From an uncultured Verrucomicrobiae bacterium (GTDB taxonomy: Bacteria > Chlamydiota > Chlamydiia > Chlamydiales > Rhabdochlamydiaceae): a DNA stretch of 22,227 nt. This document shows positions 8,001-16,934 of this stretch, piece after piece. A program made the position numbers and the translations under genes. Under the pieces are notes generated by a model. That model was given only the letters and a program-made list of their open reading frames with translations. It was not told the DNA's origin and did not search any database. The stretch spans positions 1 to 22,227 of the forward strand of contig CAWFUG010000004.1 of assembly GCA_963818965.1 (NCBI GenBank), written 5' to 3'. How positions within the stretch are numbered: the first letter of the stretch is position 1; every line of letters starts with the position of its first letter.

Positions 8001-8828
8001 TCACTCCAGTTTTTCGACCCACAGGGCCATTAAAGGCGGCTGATCCACATCCGCGATACTGATCGATTTTTCCTGATAGTCAAGGTAAGGGTTGGTGATA
8101 ATCTGCTCAAAAAATTGAGGGTTTTCGTAGTAGGAGACGCCCTCATTGAGAAAGTGGATGAAACGAGCCGATGGGGACATGTGTCGCTCAAGACAGCTCG
8201 TAAGAAGGGGAAAAAGGGGATCTTCCCGTTCTTTTAAAGCAACTTCTGTTCCACGCATTAATTCTCGGGGCAGTTGGTACTTCTCGACGCTCTTTTCATA
8301 TTGGTCTTCAGAAATCTGCCCTCCCTCTTTTAGCTGAGAGAGAAAGTAGGCAGCTTGCTTTTTTTGAGAGGGCTCTATGTTCTGCAGAAAAGTTTCGAGG
8401 TCGCAATCAGAATAGCGCATCTCCGCCAGTTGGGGGATTTTTTCCTCCACCCAATCGCGCAGTTCCTTTTCTTTTTTCAGTAAGCTGCTCGCCTGCACTG
8501 CGTCCTGAGAAGAAAAATCAGCAAGCGTCTTAGCCCCACACTCTTTCGATACGACGATGAGATCGAACATCCCAAGCTCCGGCAATAAGGTCTGCCAAGT
8601 CCCCTGGAGAATCGTGACAGTGGGATGGTCCTTGACCCATTGAATCGCCTCTTCAGCCTTTAAAGGGTCTGTCTCGATAAGAGTAAGACGAGCAGGCTGA
8701 TGCGCCTGGATACAGGCAGCGAGCACCCTCGTGTCAAATCCTATTTGTAAAATAGAGCCCCTAGAGCCCGTGGAGCGGAGGAGCGCACTAAGAGCGTCTG
8801 CTTGAAGCTGTTCTAAATTTTTGTTCAT
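8001..8828 (-). CDS. Class I SAM-dependent methyltransferase-like protein (GAMT/Rmt2-like), degenerate motif I
   Basis: GSILQIGF, TLIETDP, ILQGTWQTLLPELGMFDLI resemble the GAMT/Rmt2 pattern (G.VLEIGFG, IIE..P, G.WQ..L..L..FD.I). Confidence 0.65.
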   Translation of the reverse strand: MNKNLEQLQADALSALLRSTGSRGSILQIGFDTRVLAACIQAHQPARLTLIETDPLKAEEAIQWVKDHPTVTILQGTWQTLLPELGMFDLIVVSKECGAKTLADFSSQDAVQASSLLKKEKELRDWVEEKIPQLAEMRYSDCDLETFLQNIEPSQKKQAAYFLSQLKEGGQISEDQYEKSVEKYQLPRELMRGTEVALKEREDPLFPLLTSCLERHMSPSARFIHFLNEGVSYYENPQFFEQIITNPYLDYQEKSISIADVDQPPLMALWVEKLE

Positions 8829-8904
8829 AGTGGTAACTATAGAAGGTTATGAGACCATTATATACACTGAAGACGACTTGGCAACTTCTTTTAAGGGAAA
8901 CAAA

Positions 8905-9879
8905 ATGAACGAGTGGACAAATGAGCCTGAGGCTCCCAAAATCAAAAAAAGCAAGAGCACCCTGACAAATCCCCACTACGACACGCCGCAGACCTCCCCT
9001 CTCATCTTCCACTTCGAGCCTGATCACTTCCCTTCCTCAGAGGATCGGTTGCGCAAAATCCAGATCCAACACGCTTCGATCGAAGGGAAATCAGTCTACG
9101 TCTTCGACGATTTTTTCTCTCAGGAAGAGGCGCAAGAGATCAGGGCATTTTCCAAAAACGCCTCTTTTAGCAGAAACAGCTACGGAAGTCCCGAGGCTAT
9201 AAAACAAGGGGAAGCACCCGCGCGTTCGATGAATGGAAAAGAGCGGTGGCAATTCTTCTCGAATCCCCCTCGAGCCCTTCACGCATTTTATAAATTGTTA
9301 AGCACTTTTGGCCGTGAGATGGATGCTGAAATCAGCACGCTCCCCTGGGAGTTGTGCGACACAGCGTCGAACGGCTCCCCGTCTGTCATCGGAAACTTCC
9401 TCGAAAGAGCCTCTTCTGAGAGCATGGACCTCGGGAGGCACAAAGACTGTAATCCCGAAGAGGGAATCGCCTTTGGCATCCCGATCCTCTACTCAAGTGA
9501 AAAATCTTTTTATGAAAATCGCTTTGAAAATGGCAGCAGGGGTCACCCGTGGATCATCTCGATCATGCTCTATTCAACCGCAGAAAATTACAGCCCCGAA
9601 TATTGCATGGGGACGACCTTTTACAAAGACCACGCAATCGTCTTGCGCACAGAATGTCAGAACTGCCGTTTAGTCCTATTCGACACAGACCTCGTGCACA
9701 GCATCGAAGAGTCGAAAATCCCCGAAGCGATCCAAACCTGGCGCGTCTCCTACGTCTTCAAACTCGTGCTCAATCCCAGAAGGGTAGGCGCCTCCTTAAG
9801 GGCGCAGTTCTTCGAATGGATGAAGGGATTTTCCCCAGACCTCAGCGCTGCCCCATTGGGAAGCGCCAGGCGCCTTTAA
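8905..9879 (+). CDS. 2-oxoglutarate/Fe(II)-dependent oxygenase family protein
   Basis: VYVFDDFFS, HxD (RHKD), RLVLFD...LVHSI and a distal R-x-S (WRVSYVFK). The ATG at 8905 follows AAGGGA and is preferred to the TTG at 8821, which overlaps the divergent gene. Confidence 0.85.
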   Translation: MNEWTNEPEAPKIKKSKSTLTNPHYDTPQTSPLIFHFEPDHFPSSEDRLRKIQIQHASIEGKSVYVFDDFFSQEEAQEIRAFSKNASFSRNSYGSPEAIKQGEAPARSMNGKERWQFFSNPPRALHAFYKLLSTFGREMDAEISTLPWELCDTASNGSPSVIGNFLERASSESMDLGRHKDCNPEEGIAFGIPILYSSEKSFYENRFENGSRGHPWIISIMLYSTAENYSPEYCMGTTFYKDHAIVLRTECQNCRLVLFDTDLVHSIEESKIPEAIQTWRVSYVFKLVLNPRRVGASLRAQFFEWMKGFSPDLSAAPLGSARRL

Positions 9880-9892
9880 AAATCTCAAACGG

Positions 9893-10219
9893 TCAATGAC
9901 ACAAGAATTCTATCAATGCATTTGCCAAAACAAAAGCACCAAATGCTAAAAAAGGCAGGCAGCAATACAGTCGGCTTTTTCTGTATTCTCTCCGGCAATA
10001 TTTTGACCAGATGAAATAGAGAGCTATTGGAATAGAAAAAGGTGTCCAAAACCATGTGAATGCGATGAAAAAGTCTGATAAGGTAGAGGCATCCGCTGCT
10101 GCGTACCAAAATAGAGCTAGCCAGAGCAAAATGGGGAAGAAAGCAGCAAAGAAGACGGTACAAGTAAGCGCCCACTGTTTGGCAGTTCTCTGACTTTTTA
10201 AAATATCATCTGAAGACAT
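9893..10219 (-). CDS. Small integral membrane protein (about 3 TM helices), unknown function
   Basis: 108 aa with three hydrophobic segments separated by short charged loops. Identical in both arms. Confidence 0.7.
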   Translation of the reverse strand: MSSDDILKSQRTAKQWALTCTVFFAAFFPILLWLALFWYAAADASTLSDFFIAFTWFWTPFSIPIALYFIWSKYCRREYRKSRLYCCLPFLAFGAFVLANALIEFLCH

Positions 10220-10249
10220 TGTTCATGCTGCATGTTATACCCCACCCAC

Positions 10250-10564
10250 TCAGGAATTGCGAATTTGAGCTTTTGATAAGCTCCCGCGATTCTCCAATAG
10301 GGAACGGATCCTAGGTTTTTTAGCGCGCAATTTCCAAAGATCCAACGCCATCTGTGCGTTAAGCCAAAAGGAAGGCGTTGTATTGAAAGCAGCGGCTAAC
10401 TTCATGGCCACTTCTGGAGTAACGTTCGCTTTTTCATTAACGATGCGATTAATGACTTTGTAATCGCATTTAAGATGGTCTGCTAACTCTTTTTGTGTCA
10501 TCCCAAGGGGGATGAGAAATTCTTCAAACAGAATCGCTCCAGGAGAAGTAGGTTTTCGATTCAT
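10250..10564 (-). CDS. higA: HigA/VapI-family antitoxin (XRE HTH)
   Basis: PTSPGAILFEEFL.PLGMTQKELA...VTPEVAMKLAAAFNTTPSFWLNAQ, with a GGAGGAG RBS. Confidence 0.92.
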   Translation of the reverse strand: MNRKPTSPGAILFEEFLIPLGMTQKELADHLKCDYKVINRIVNEKANVTPEVAMKLAAAFNTTPSFWLNAQMALDLWKLRAKKPRIRSLLENRGSLSKAQIRNS

Positions 10565-10612
10565 GATTCTCCTCCATCTAAGAGAAAATAAAGCAATTTC
10601 AAGGCCGACTTT

Positions 10613-10965
10613 TTAGGTTAAAGCTCTTTCTCCATACTCTAAAAAATGCGCAATCTCTTCTTTTGGTGTCTTACCTTTGGCGACTTTAACTACGAAATTT
10701 TCATAGGTTCTGTCCTTTGGAGAAGAGTCAAATGGCATAGACGCCTTATTAATCCGCAAAAATAAATAGGCGGCACCGGCTCCAGTTCTTTTGTTACCAT
10801 CGTTAAAGGGATGATTACAAACGATGTTAAATAAATACACTGCTTGGGACTCTCTATAGAGGAAAGCAAGAGATTGGAATCTCTAATACCTGATAAGCCT
10901 CCAAATTTTTCAACCACAGCATCATGAAGTTTTAAAATTTGCTCAAGAGTTAGATATTTGATCAT
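10613..10965 (-). pseudogene. doc: Doc/Fic-family toxin with an internal out-of-frame deletion
   Basis: The N-part MIKYLTLEQILKLH...GIRD.NLL.S.IESPKQ is joined out of frame to the C-part YLFNIVCNHPFNDGNKRT (Doc-type Fic motif). The lesion is identical in both arms. Confidence 0.85.
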
Positions 10966-11216
10966 TTCTTTGAAAGTCTCTTGAGCATCGGAGCTTTTTC
11001 AACTAGAAATTCCTTAAGTAATTCATCGAATTTTTCATCGCTAGCATTTTTGTGCTTTTTTTTATTCTTAGCTCCATCTAGACCCGGCAAATGTTCAATG
11101 ACAAACTGTCTGAGACTAATGCCTGCTTTTGCAGCGAGCATTTTGATATAAGTATGCTGCTTCGCCGGAAAATCGATAGTTAGCCTTACGGTTTTATGTT
11201 TTTCGTGGTTATGCAT
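10962..11216 (-). CDS. Putative antitoxin of the Doc module, ribbon-helix-helix-like
   Basis: VRLTIDFPAKQHTYIKMLAAKAGISLRQFV fits an RHH pattern. The stop overlaps the doc start (ATGA). The C-terminal helix ends in MLKRLSKK. Confidence 0.75.
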   Translation of the reverse strand: MHNHEKHKTVRLTIDFPAKQHTYIKMLAAKAGISLRQFVIEHLPGLDGAKNKKKHKNASDEKFDELLKEFLVEKAPMLKRLSKK

Positions 11217-11244
11217 AATTACCTTCTCTTAAAGATCAACTCTA

Positions 11245-11273
11245 AATATGCCGTATCGCCGTAAATAAGTCAA
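11245..11273 (-). promoter_or_regulatory. Candidate promoter/operator of the antitoxin-doc operon
   Basis: The minus strand reads TTGACT-N17-CATATT, with a direct repeat TACGGC-ga-TACGGC in the spacer. Confidence 0.5.
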
Positions 11274-11294
11274 GACCCTGACAATACAAACACC

Positions 11295-11440
11295 CTTTGT
11301 ACAGGACAAAATTTAATGAGGTGAAAAGAACTCGTTGAGCGTGAATTATATCTACCTGAGTTTAGCCAACTTAGGAGGTAGCTATGCATCACGTCAACGA
11401 GTTACAAAGACTTTTGGTTCAGAATTTGCCTTATTCCAAT
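11295..11440 (+). mobile_element. Left end of a probable IS4-family insertion sequence (terminal IR, leader, first ~20 transposase codons), truncated by the fold-back
   Basis: The end sequence CTTTGTACAGGACAAAA has a reverse complement encoding LSCT, which I recall as the C-terminus of IS4-family transposases that run into their right IR. AGGAGGT RBS, ATG at 11384. The consensus peptide MHHVNELQRLLVQNLHWNKA resembles the 'L...L...L.WNKARL' N-terminus of those transposases (recall, not searched). Confidence 0.65.
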
Positions 11441-11576
11441 GCAAATTCTGAACCAAAAGTCTTTCTGCAACTCGTTGACGTGATGCATAGCTACTCCTAA
11501 GTTGGCTAAACTCAGGTAGATATAATTCACGCTCAACGAGTTCTTTTCACCTCATTAAATTTTGTCCTGTACAAAG
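11430..11576 (-). mobile_element. Mirror copy of the IS left end
   Basis: TTTTGTCCTGTACAAAG at 11560-11576, the reverse complement of 11295-11311. Confidence 0.6.
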
Positions 11577-11653
11577 GGTGTTTGTATTGTCAGGGTCTTG
11601 ACTTATTTACGGCGATACGGCATATTTAAGTTCATGTTTAAGAGAAGGTAATT

Positions 11654-11908
11654 ATGCATAACCACGAAAAACATAAAACCGTAAGGCTAACTATCGATTT
11701 TCCGGCGAAGCAGCATACTTATATCAAAATGCTCGCTGCAAAAGCAGGCATTAGTCTCAGACAGTTTGTCATTGAACATTTGCCGGGTCTAGATGGAGCT
11801 AAGAATAAAAAAAAGCACAAAAATGCTAGCGATGAAAAATTCGATGAATTACTTAAGGAATTTCTAGTTGAAAAAGCTCCGATGCTCAAGAGACTTTCAA
11901 AGAAATGA
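11654..11908 (+). CDS. Mirror copy: RHH-like antitoxin
   Basis: Protein identical to 10962..11216. Confidence 0.75.
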   Translation: MHNHEKHKTVRLTIDFPAKQHTYIKMLAAKAGISLRQFVIEHLPGLDGAKNKKKHKNASDEKFDELLKEFLVEKAPMLKRLSKK

Positions 11909-12257
11909 TCAAATATCTAACTCTTGAGCAAATTTTAAAACTTCATGATGCTGTGGTTGAAAAATTTGGAGGCTTATCAGGTATTAGAGATTCTAATCTC
12001 TTGCTTTCCTCTATAGAGAGTCCCAAGCAGTGTATTTATTTAACATCGTTTGTAATCATCCCTTTAACGATGGTAACAAAAGAACTGGAGCCGGTGCCGC
12101 CTATTTATTTTTGCGGATTAATAAGGCGTCTATGCCATTTGACTCTTCTCCAAAGGACAGAACCTATGAAAATTTCGTAGTTAAAGTCGCCAAAGGTAAG
12201 ACACCAAAAGAAGAGATTGCGCATTTTTTAGAGTATGGAGAAAGAGCTTTAACCTAA
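11905..12257 (+). pseudogene. doc: Mirror copy: Doc/Fic toxin with internal deletion
   Basis: Same split ORFs as 10613..10965, with HPFNDGNKRT. Confidence 0.85.
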
Positions 12258-12305
12258 AAAGTCGGCCTTGAAATTGCTTTATTTTCTCTTAGATGGAGGA
12301 GAATC

Positions 12306-12619
12306 ATGAATCGAAAACCTACTTCTCCTGGAGCGATTCTGTTTGAAGAATTTCTCATCCCCCTTGGGATGACACAAAAAGAGTTAGCAGACCATCTTAA
12401 ATGCGATTACAAAGTCATTAATCGCATCGTTAATGAAAAAGCGAACGTTACTCCAGAAGTGGCCATGAAGTTAGCCGCTGCTTTCAATACAACGCCTTCC
12501 TTTTGGCTTAACGCACAGATGGCGTTGGATCTTTGGAAATTGCGCGTAAAAAACCTAGGATCCGTTCCCTATTGGAGAATCGCGGGAGCTTATCAAAAGC
12601 TCAAATTCGCAATTCCTGA
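12306..12619 (+). CDS. higA: Mirror copy: HigA antitoxin (1-nt deletion near the 3' end)
   Basis: Identical to 10250..10564 up to LWKLR, then frameshifted. Confidence 0.9.
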
Positions 12620-12649
12620 GTGGGTGGGGTATAACATGCAGCATGAACA

Positions 12650-12976
12650 ATGTCTTCAGATGATATTTTAAAAAGTCAGAGAACTGCCAAACAGTGGGCG
12701 CTTACTTGTACCGTCTTCTTTGCTGCTTTCTTCCCCATTTTGCTCTGGCTAGCTCTATTTTGGTACGCAGCAGCGGATGCCTCTACCTTATCAGACTTTT
12801 TCATCGCATTCACATGGTTTTGGACACCTTTTTCTATTCCAATAGCTCTCTATTTCATCTGGTCAAAATATTGCCGGAGAGAATACAGAAAAAGCCGACT
12901 GTATTGCTGCCTGCCTTTTTTAGCATTTGGTGCTTTTGTTTTGGCAAATGCATTGATAGAATTCTTGTGTCATTGA
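12650..12976 (+). CDS. Mirror copy: small membrane protein
   Basis: Identical to 9893..10219. Confidence 0.7.
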   Translation: MSSDDILKSQRTAKQWALTCTVFFAAFFPILLWLALFWYAAADASTLSDFFIAFTWFWTPFSIPIALYFIWSKYCRREYRKSRLYCCLPFLAFGAFVLANALIEFLCH

Positions 12977-12989
12977 CCGTTTGAGATTT

Positions 12990-13956
12990 TTAAAGGCGCC
13001 TGGCGCTTCCCAATGGGGCAGCGCTGAGGTCTGGGGAAAATCCCTTCATCCATTCGAAGAACTGCGCCCTTAAGGAGGCGCCTACCCTTCTGGGATTGAG
13101 CACGAGTTTGAAGACGTAGGAGACGCGCCAGGTTTGGATCGCTTCGGGGATTTTCGACTCTTCGATGCTGTGCACGAGGTCTGTGTCGAATAGGACTAAA
13201 CGGCAGTTCTGACATTCTGTGCGCAAGACGATGCGTGGTCTTTCTAAAAGGTCGTCCCCATGCAATATTCGGGGCTGTAATTTCGGTGGTTGAATAGAGC
13301 ATGATCGAGATGATCCACGGGTGACCCCTGCTGCCATTTTCAAAGCGATTTTCATAAAAAGATTTTTCACTTGAGTAGAGGATCGGGATGCCAAAGGCGA
13401 TTCCCTCTTCGGGATTACAGTCTTTGTGCCTCCCGAGGTCCATGCTCTCAGAAGAGGCTCTTTCGAGGAAGTTTCCGATGACAGACGGGGAGCCGTTCGA
13501 CGCTGTGTCGCACAACTCCCAGGGGAGCGTGCTGATTTCAGCATCCATCTCACGGCCAAAAGTGTAACAATTTATAAAATGCGTGAAGGGCTCGAGGGGG
13601 ATTATAGATTGCCACCGCTCTTTTCCATTCATCGAACGCGCGGGTGCTTCCCCTTGTTTTATAGCCTCGGGACTTCCGTAGCTGTTTCTGCTAAAAGAGG
13701 CGTTTTTGGAAAATGCCCTGATCTCTTGCGCCTCTTCCTGAGAGAAAAAATCGTCGAAGACGTAGACTGATTTCCCTTCGATCGAAGCGTGTTGGATCTG
13801 GATTTTGCGCAACCGATCCTCTGAGGAAGGGAAGTGATCAGGCTCGAAGTGGAAGATGAGAGGGGAGGTCTGCGGCGTGTCGTAGTGGGGATTTGTCAGG
13901 GTGCTCTTGCTTTTTTTGATTTTGGGAGCCTCAGGCTCATTTGTCCACTCGTTCAT
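12990..13956 (-). CDS. Mirror copy: 2OG-Fe(II) oxygenase (several indel errors)
   Basis: Matches 8905..9879, split across ORFs 12970..14040 and 12990..13559. Confidence 0.8.
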
Positions 13957-14032
13957 TTTGTTTCCCTTAAAAGAAGTTGCCAAGTCGTCTTCAGTGTATA
14001 TAATGGTCTCATAACCTTCTATAGTTACCACT

Positions 14033-14859
14033 ATGAACAAAAATTTAGAACAGCTTCAAGCAGACGCTCTTAGTGCGCTCCTCCGCTCCACGGGCTCTAG
14101 GGGCTCTATTTTACAAATAGGATTTGACACGAGGGTGCTCGCTGCCTGTATCCAGGCGCATCAGCCTGCTCGTCTTACTCTTATCGAGACAGACCCTTTA
14201 AAGGCTGAAGAGGCGATTCAATGGGTCAAGGACCATCCCACTGTCACGATTCTCCAGGGGACTTGGCAGACCTTATTGCCGGAGCTTGGGATGTTCGATC
14301 TCATCGTCGTATCGAAAGAGTGTGGGGCTAAGACGCTTGCTGATTTTTCTTCTCAGGACGCAGTGCAGGCGAGCAGCTTACTGAAAAAAGAAAAGGAACT
14401 GCGCGATTGGGTGGAGGAAAAAATCCCCCAACTGGCGGAGATGCGCTATTCTGATTGCGACCTCGAAACTTTTCTGCAGAACATAGAGCCCTCTCAAAAA
14501 AAGCAAGCTGCCTACTTTCTCTCTCAGCTAAAGAGGGAGGGCAGATTTCTGAAGACCAATATGAAAAGAGCGTCGAGAAGTACCAACTGCCCCGAGAATT
14601 AATGCGTGGAACAGAAGTTGCTTTAAAAGAACGGGAAGATCCCCTTTTTCCCCTTCTTACGAGCTGTCTTGAGCGACACATGTCCCCATCGGCTCGTTTC
14701 ATCCACTTTCTCAATGAGGGCGTCTCCTACTACGAAAACCCTCAATTTTTTGAGCAGATTATCACCAACCCTTACCTTGACTATCAGGAAAAATCGATCA
14801 GTATCGCGGATGTGGATCAGCCGCCTTTAATGGCCCTGTGGGTCGAAAAACTGGAGTGA
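14033..14859 (+). CDS. Mirror copy: GAMT/Rmt2-like methyltransferase (one indel)
   Basis: ORFs 14033..14602 and 14455..14859 together reconstruct 8001..8828. Confidence 0.65.
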
Positions 14860-14868
14860 CCTCTAACG

Positions 14869-15149
14869 ATGATGAGTAAAAACTGGGAACTCCATGCAGT
14901 GGTGAGCGGAAGAGTGCAGAAAGTGGGTTTTCGCGCTACGACGAAGCGATTGGCAGATGCGCTCCATCTCGTCGGCACTGTCCGCAATCTTCCAATGGGA
15001 CCGTAGCGATTTGCGCTCAAGGCGCTCGGGAGACGTTGCAACTCTTTTTGACGCGATTATCTGAGGCTTTTCCCAAAGATTCCATTCAGGAGATCTCCGT
15101 CTCTTTTGCACCTCAGGAGACGCAATTGCATGCGTTCGAGATCTTGTAG
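14869..15149 (+). CDS. acyP: Mirror copy: acylphosphatase (indel near 14995)
   Basis: Reverse complement of 7710..7991, 1 nt shorter. Confidence 0.88.
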
Positions 15150-15154
15150 GGATG

Positions 15155-15964
15155 TTATTTTTTTAACCGAGGGTAATTTGCAGTTGTAATTCCCGTTTCA
15201 TTAAATTGAAGCTTGGCGTTAAACGTCAATGCGGGTTCGTTCTCTATGTTGAGCTGATACTGGATCGCTTCGCATTTTTTCGGGTCATCTAGAGGAAGGA
15301 ATTTGTGGAGATATTCTCTTAAATTTTCAGGATGAGTGATCGCTTCTCTATTCTCTTCCATGCTCAGGGTATAGAGCACTTTAAGAGGTGTTCCGTGAGT
15401 AAAGACTACTATCGTTTTTCCATTGAGACTGGAGTCTTTGCAGAGATCATTGAGAAATCCAATCATCTGCTTGGTGCAATGCTCTTTTGTTTCCCCGCCT
15501 TCTCCCATCGGTTCAAAATACTGCTCCTGAACGGTGAGCTTTTTGTATTTTTGGTATTGTTCGTTGGCGCTGTAGGCGCTTTTGTAGCTGCTCTGAATGG
15601 CCCCTTTGCTTATCTCCTTGAGCCGATCATCGACAATGATCTCGAGATCTCTGCTCATCGCCAGTGGTTGTGCTGTTTCGCGTGATTTTAGCAGGGAGGA
15701 ACTGTAGATGCGCGCGATGCTGAGTTCTGAAACGCTGTTAATGGCATCTCTGAAACGTGCAGCCTCAATTTGCCCCTGTTCGCTTAAGGGATAATCATCG
15801 GTCCCCATTAAAAATTTTGTATCATCTTCAGAAGAGAGAGCGACTCCTTCTGGTAACGCAGGTTTTGCGGCAGTAGCGCTACTGACAAAGATAATATTCA
15901 CGTAGCCTTGTTGAGGGGGAGCGTAATCTACTGGGGGTAAATAGAAAGCCATAAAAACAACCAT
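15155..15964 (-). CDS. Mirror copy: histidine phosphatase homologue lacking RHG
   Basis: Protein identical to 6895..7704. Confidence 0.85.
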   Translation of the reverse strand: MVVFMAFYLPPVDYAPPQQGYVNIIFVSSATAAKPALPEGVALSSEDDTKFLMGTDDYPLSEQGQIEAARFRDAINSVSELSIARIYSSSLLKSRETAQPLAMSRDLEIIVDDRLKEISKGAIQSSYKSAYSANEQYQKYKKLTVQEQYFEPMGEGGETKEHCTKQMIGFLNDLCKDSSLNGKTIVVFTHGTPLKVLYTLSMEENREAITHPENLREYLHKFLPLDDPKKCEAIQYQLNIENEPALTFNAKLQFNETGITTANYPRLKK

Positions 15965-16051
15965 TATTAATGTTAAATAGCATATATTGTAGCATGAGGT
16001 ATTTCTTTTTGTCTATATACCCAAGTGGATTCAAATTTGGAAAGGCAATGC

Positions 16052-16934
16052 ATGGATGATTTTCTGTCTTTGTATAAAGAACGCCTTAATCTTCAAGATA
16101 CGACCTTTTCACGGATCGATCATGAAGAGGCGATGGTGGCTGTTGTTTATCGAGTTGCCCTGCCCAATGGGACACAGCTCATTTTAAAGATAAGCGCACG
16201 CAGCAAAGATTATTTGCGCGAGGTGTATTGTCTAACATACTTGAATGCTGTACTTCCAGTGCCACAAATCATCCAGGTCGTGCCACCGGAAGAAAAGATC
16301 CATGGCGCGATCTTGATGGAATACCTCCCTGGGTCATTGGCTAAGGTCTCAGAGATCGACATTTCATTGGCTCAGGAATTGGGAGCATTGCTTGCAACCC
16401 TTCACCTCAACCGAGTTGTTGGTTACGGCGATTTAATAGAGCCAAAGAAATTAAATGCAGACCCACGCATCGATTACACCTTGAAATTTGAAGAGGGTCT
16501 TGAGGAGTGTCGCGGGCATTTGCCCAAAGCGCTGTGGAACGCTGCCGTCGCTATCATGATGCACATGTGCATCTTTTAGTTTAGGCGATGGCCCTTGCAT
16601 CGTGCATCGCGATTTTAGACCCGGCAATATGATCGTCTATGAAGGAAAACTCCAGGGAATCATCGATTGGGCATCTGCTCGCGCGGGCTTTGCTCAAGAA
16701 GATTTTGTCCCTATGGAGCACGGGGAGTGGCTGATCGATCCTAAGAGTAGAAAAGCTTTTGTTGCGGGCTATGCGAGTATTCGGCCTGTCCCTGATTATG
16801 AGGCGATGATGCCTCTCTTACGTCTGAGTAAAGCAATTGCAACCGTTGGTTTTACGGTCAAGCATGGCACATGGAACAGTTCCCATGCGCGCATTTACCA
16901 GTTTAATCGTCACTTTCTTGAAACGGCTGTTTAA
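16052..16934 (+). CDS. Mirror copy: APH-family kinase (indels near 16530-16585)
   Basis: ORFs 16025..16579 and 16602..16934 together reconstruct 5923..6834. Confidence 0.85.

Noticed and set aside
10820..10860. Programmed ribosomal frameshift in doc
   Set aside because: There is no slippery heptamer at the junction, and a conserved segment appears to be missing, so a frameshift would not restore a normal protein.
11295..11440. IS4-type transposase hairpin intermediate as the cause of the palindrome
   Set aside because: IS10/IS50 hairpins form at the element tip, whereas this fold is ~135 nt inside the element.
11400..11470. Protelomerase-type hairpin telomere as the explanation for the apex
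   Set aside because: Resolved telomere junctions are essentially perfect palindromes at a dedicated site. Here there is an 11-nt asymmetric loop inside an apparent transposase ORF, and no protelomerase is in the window. Not fully excluded without reads.
11295..11576. A 282-bp MITE with perfect terminal inverted repeats
   Set aside because: Both ends are the same IS left end mirrored by the fold-back. The flanks are inverted copies, not a direct target-site duplication.
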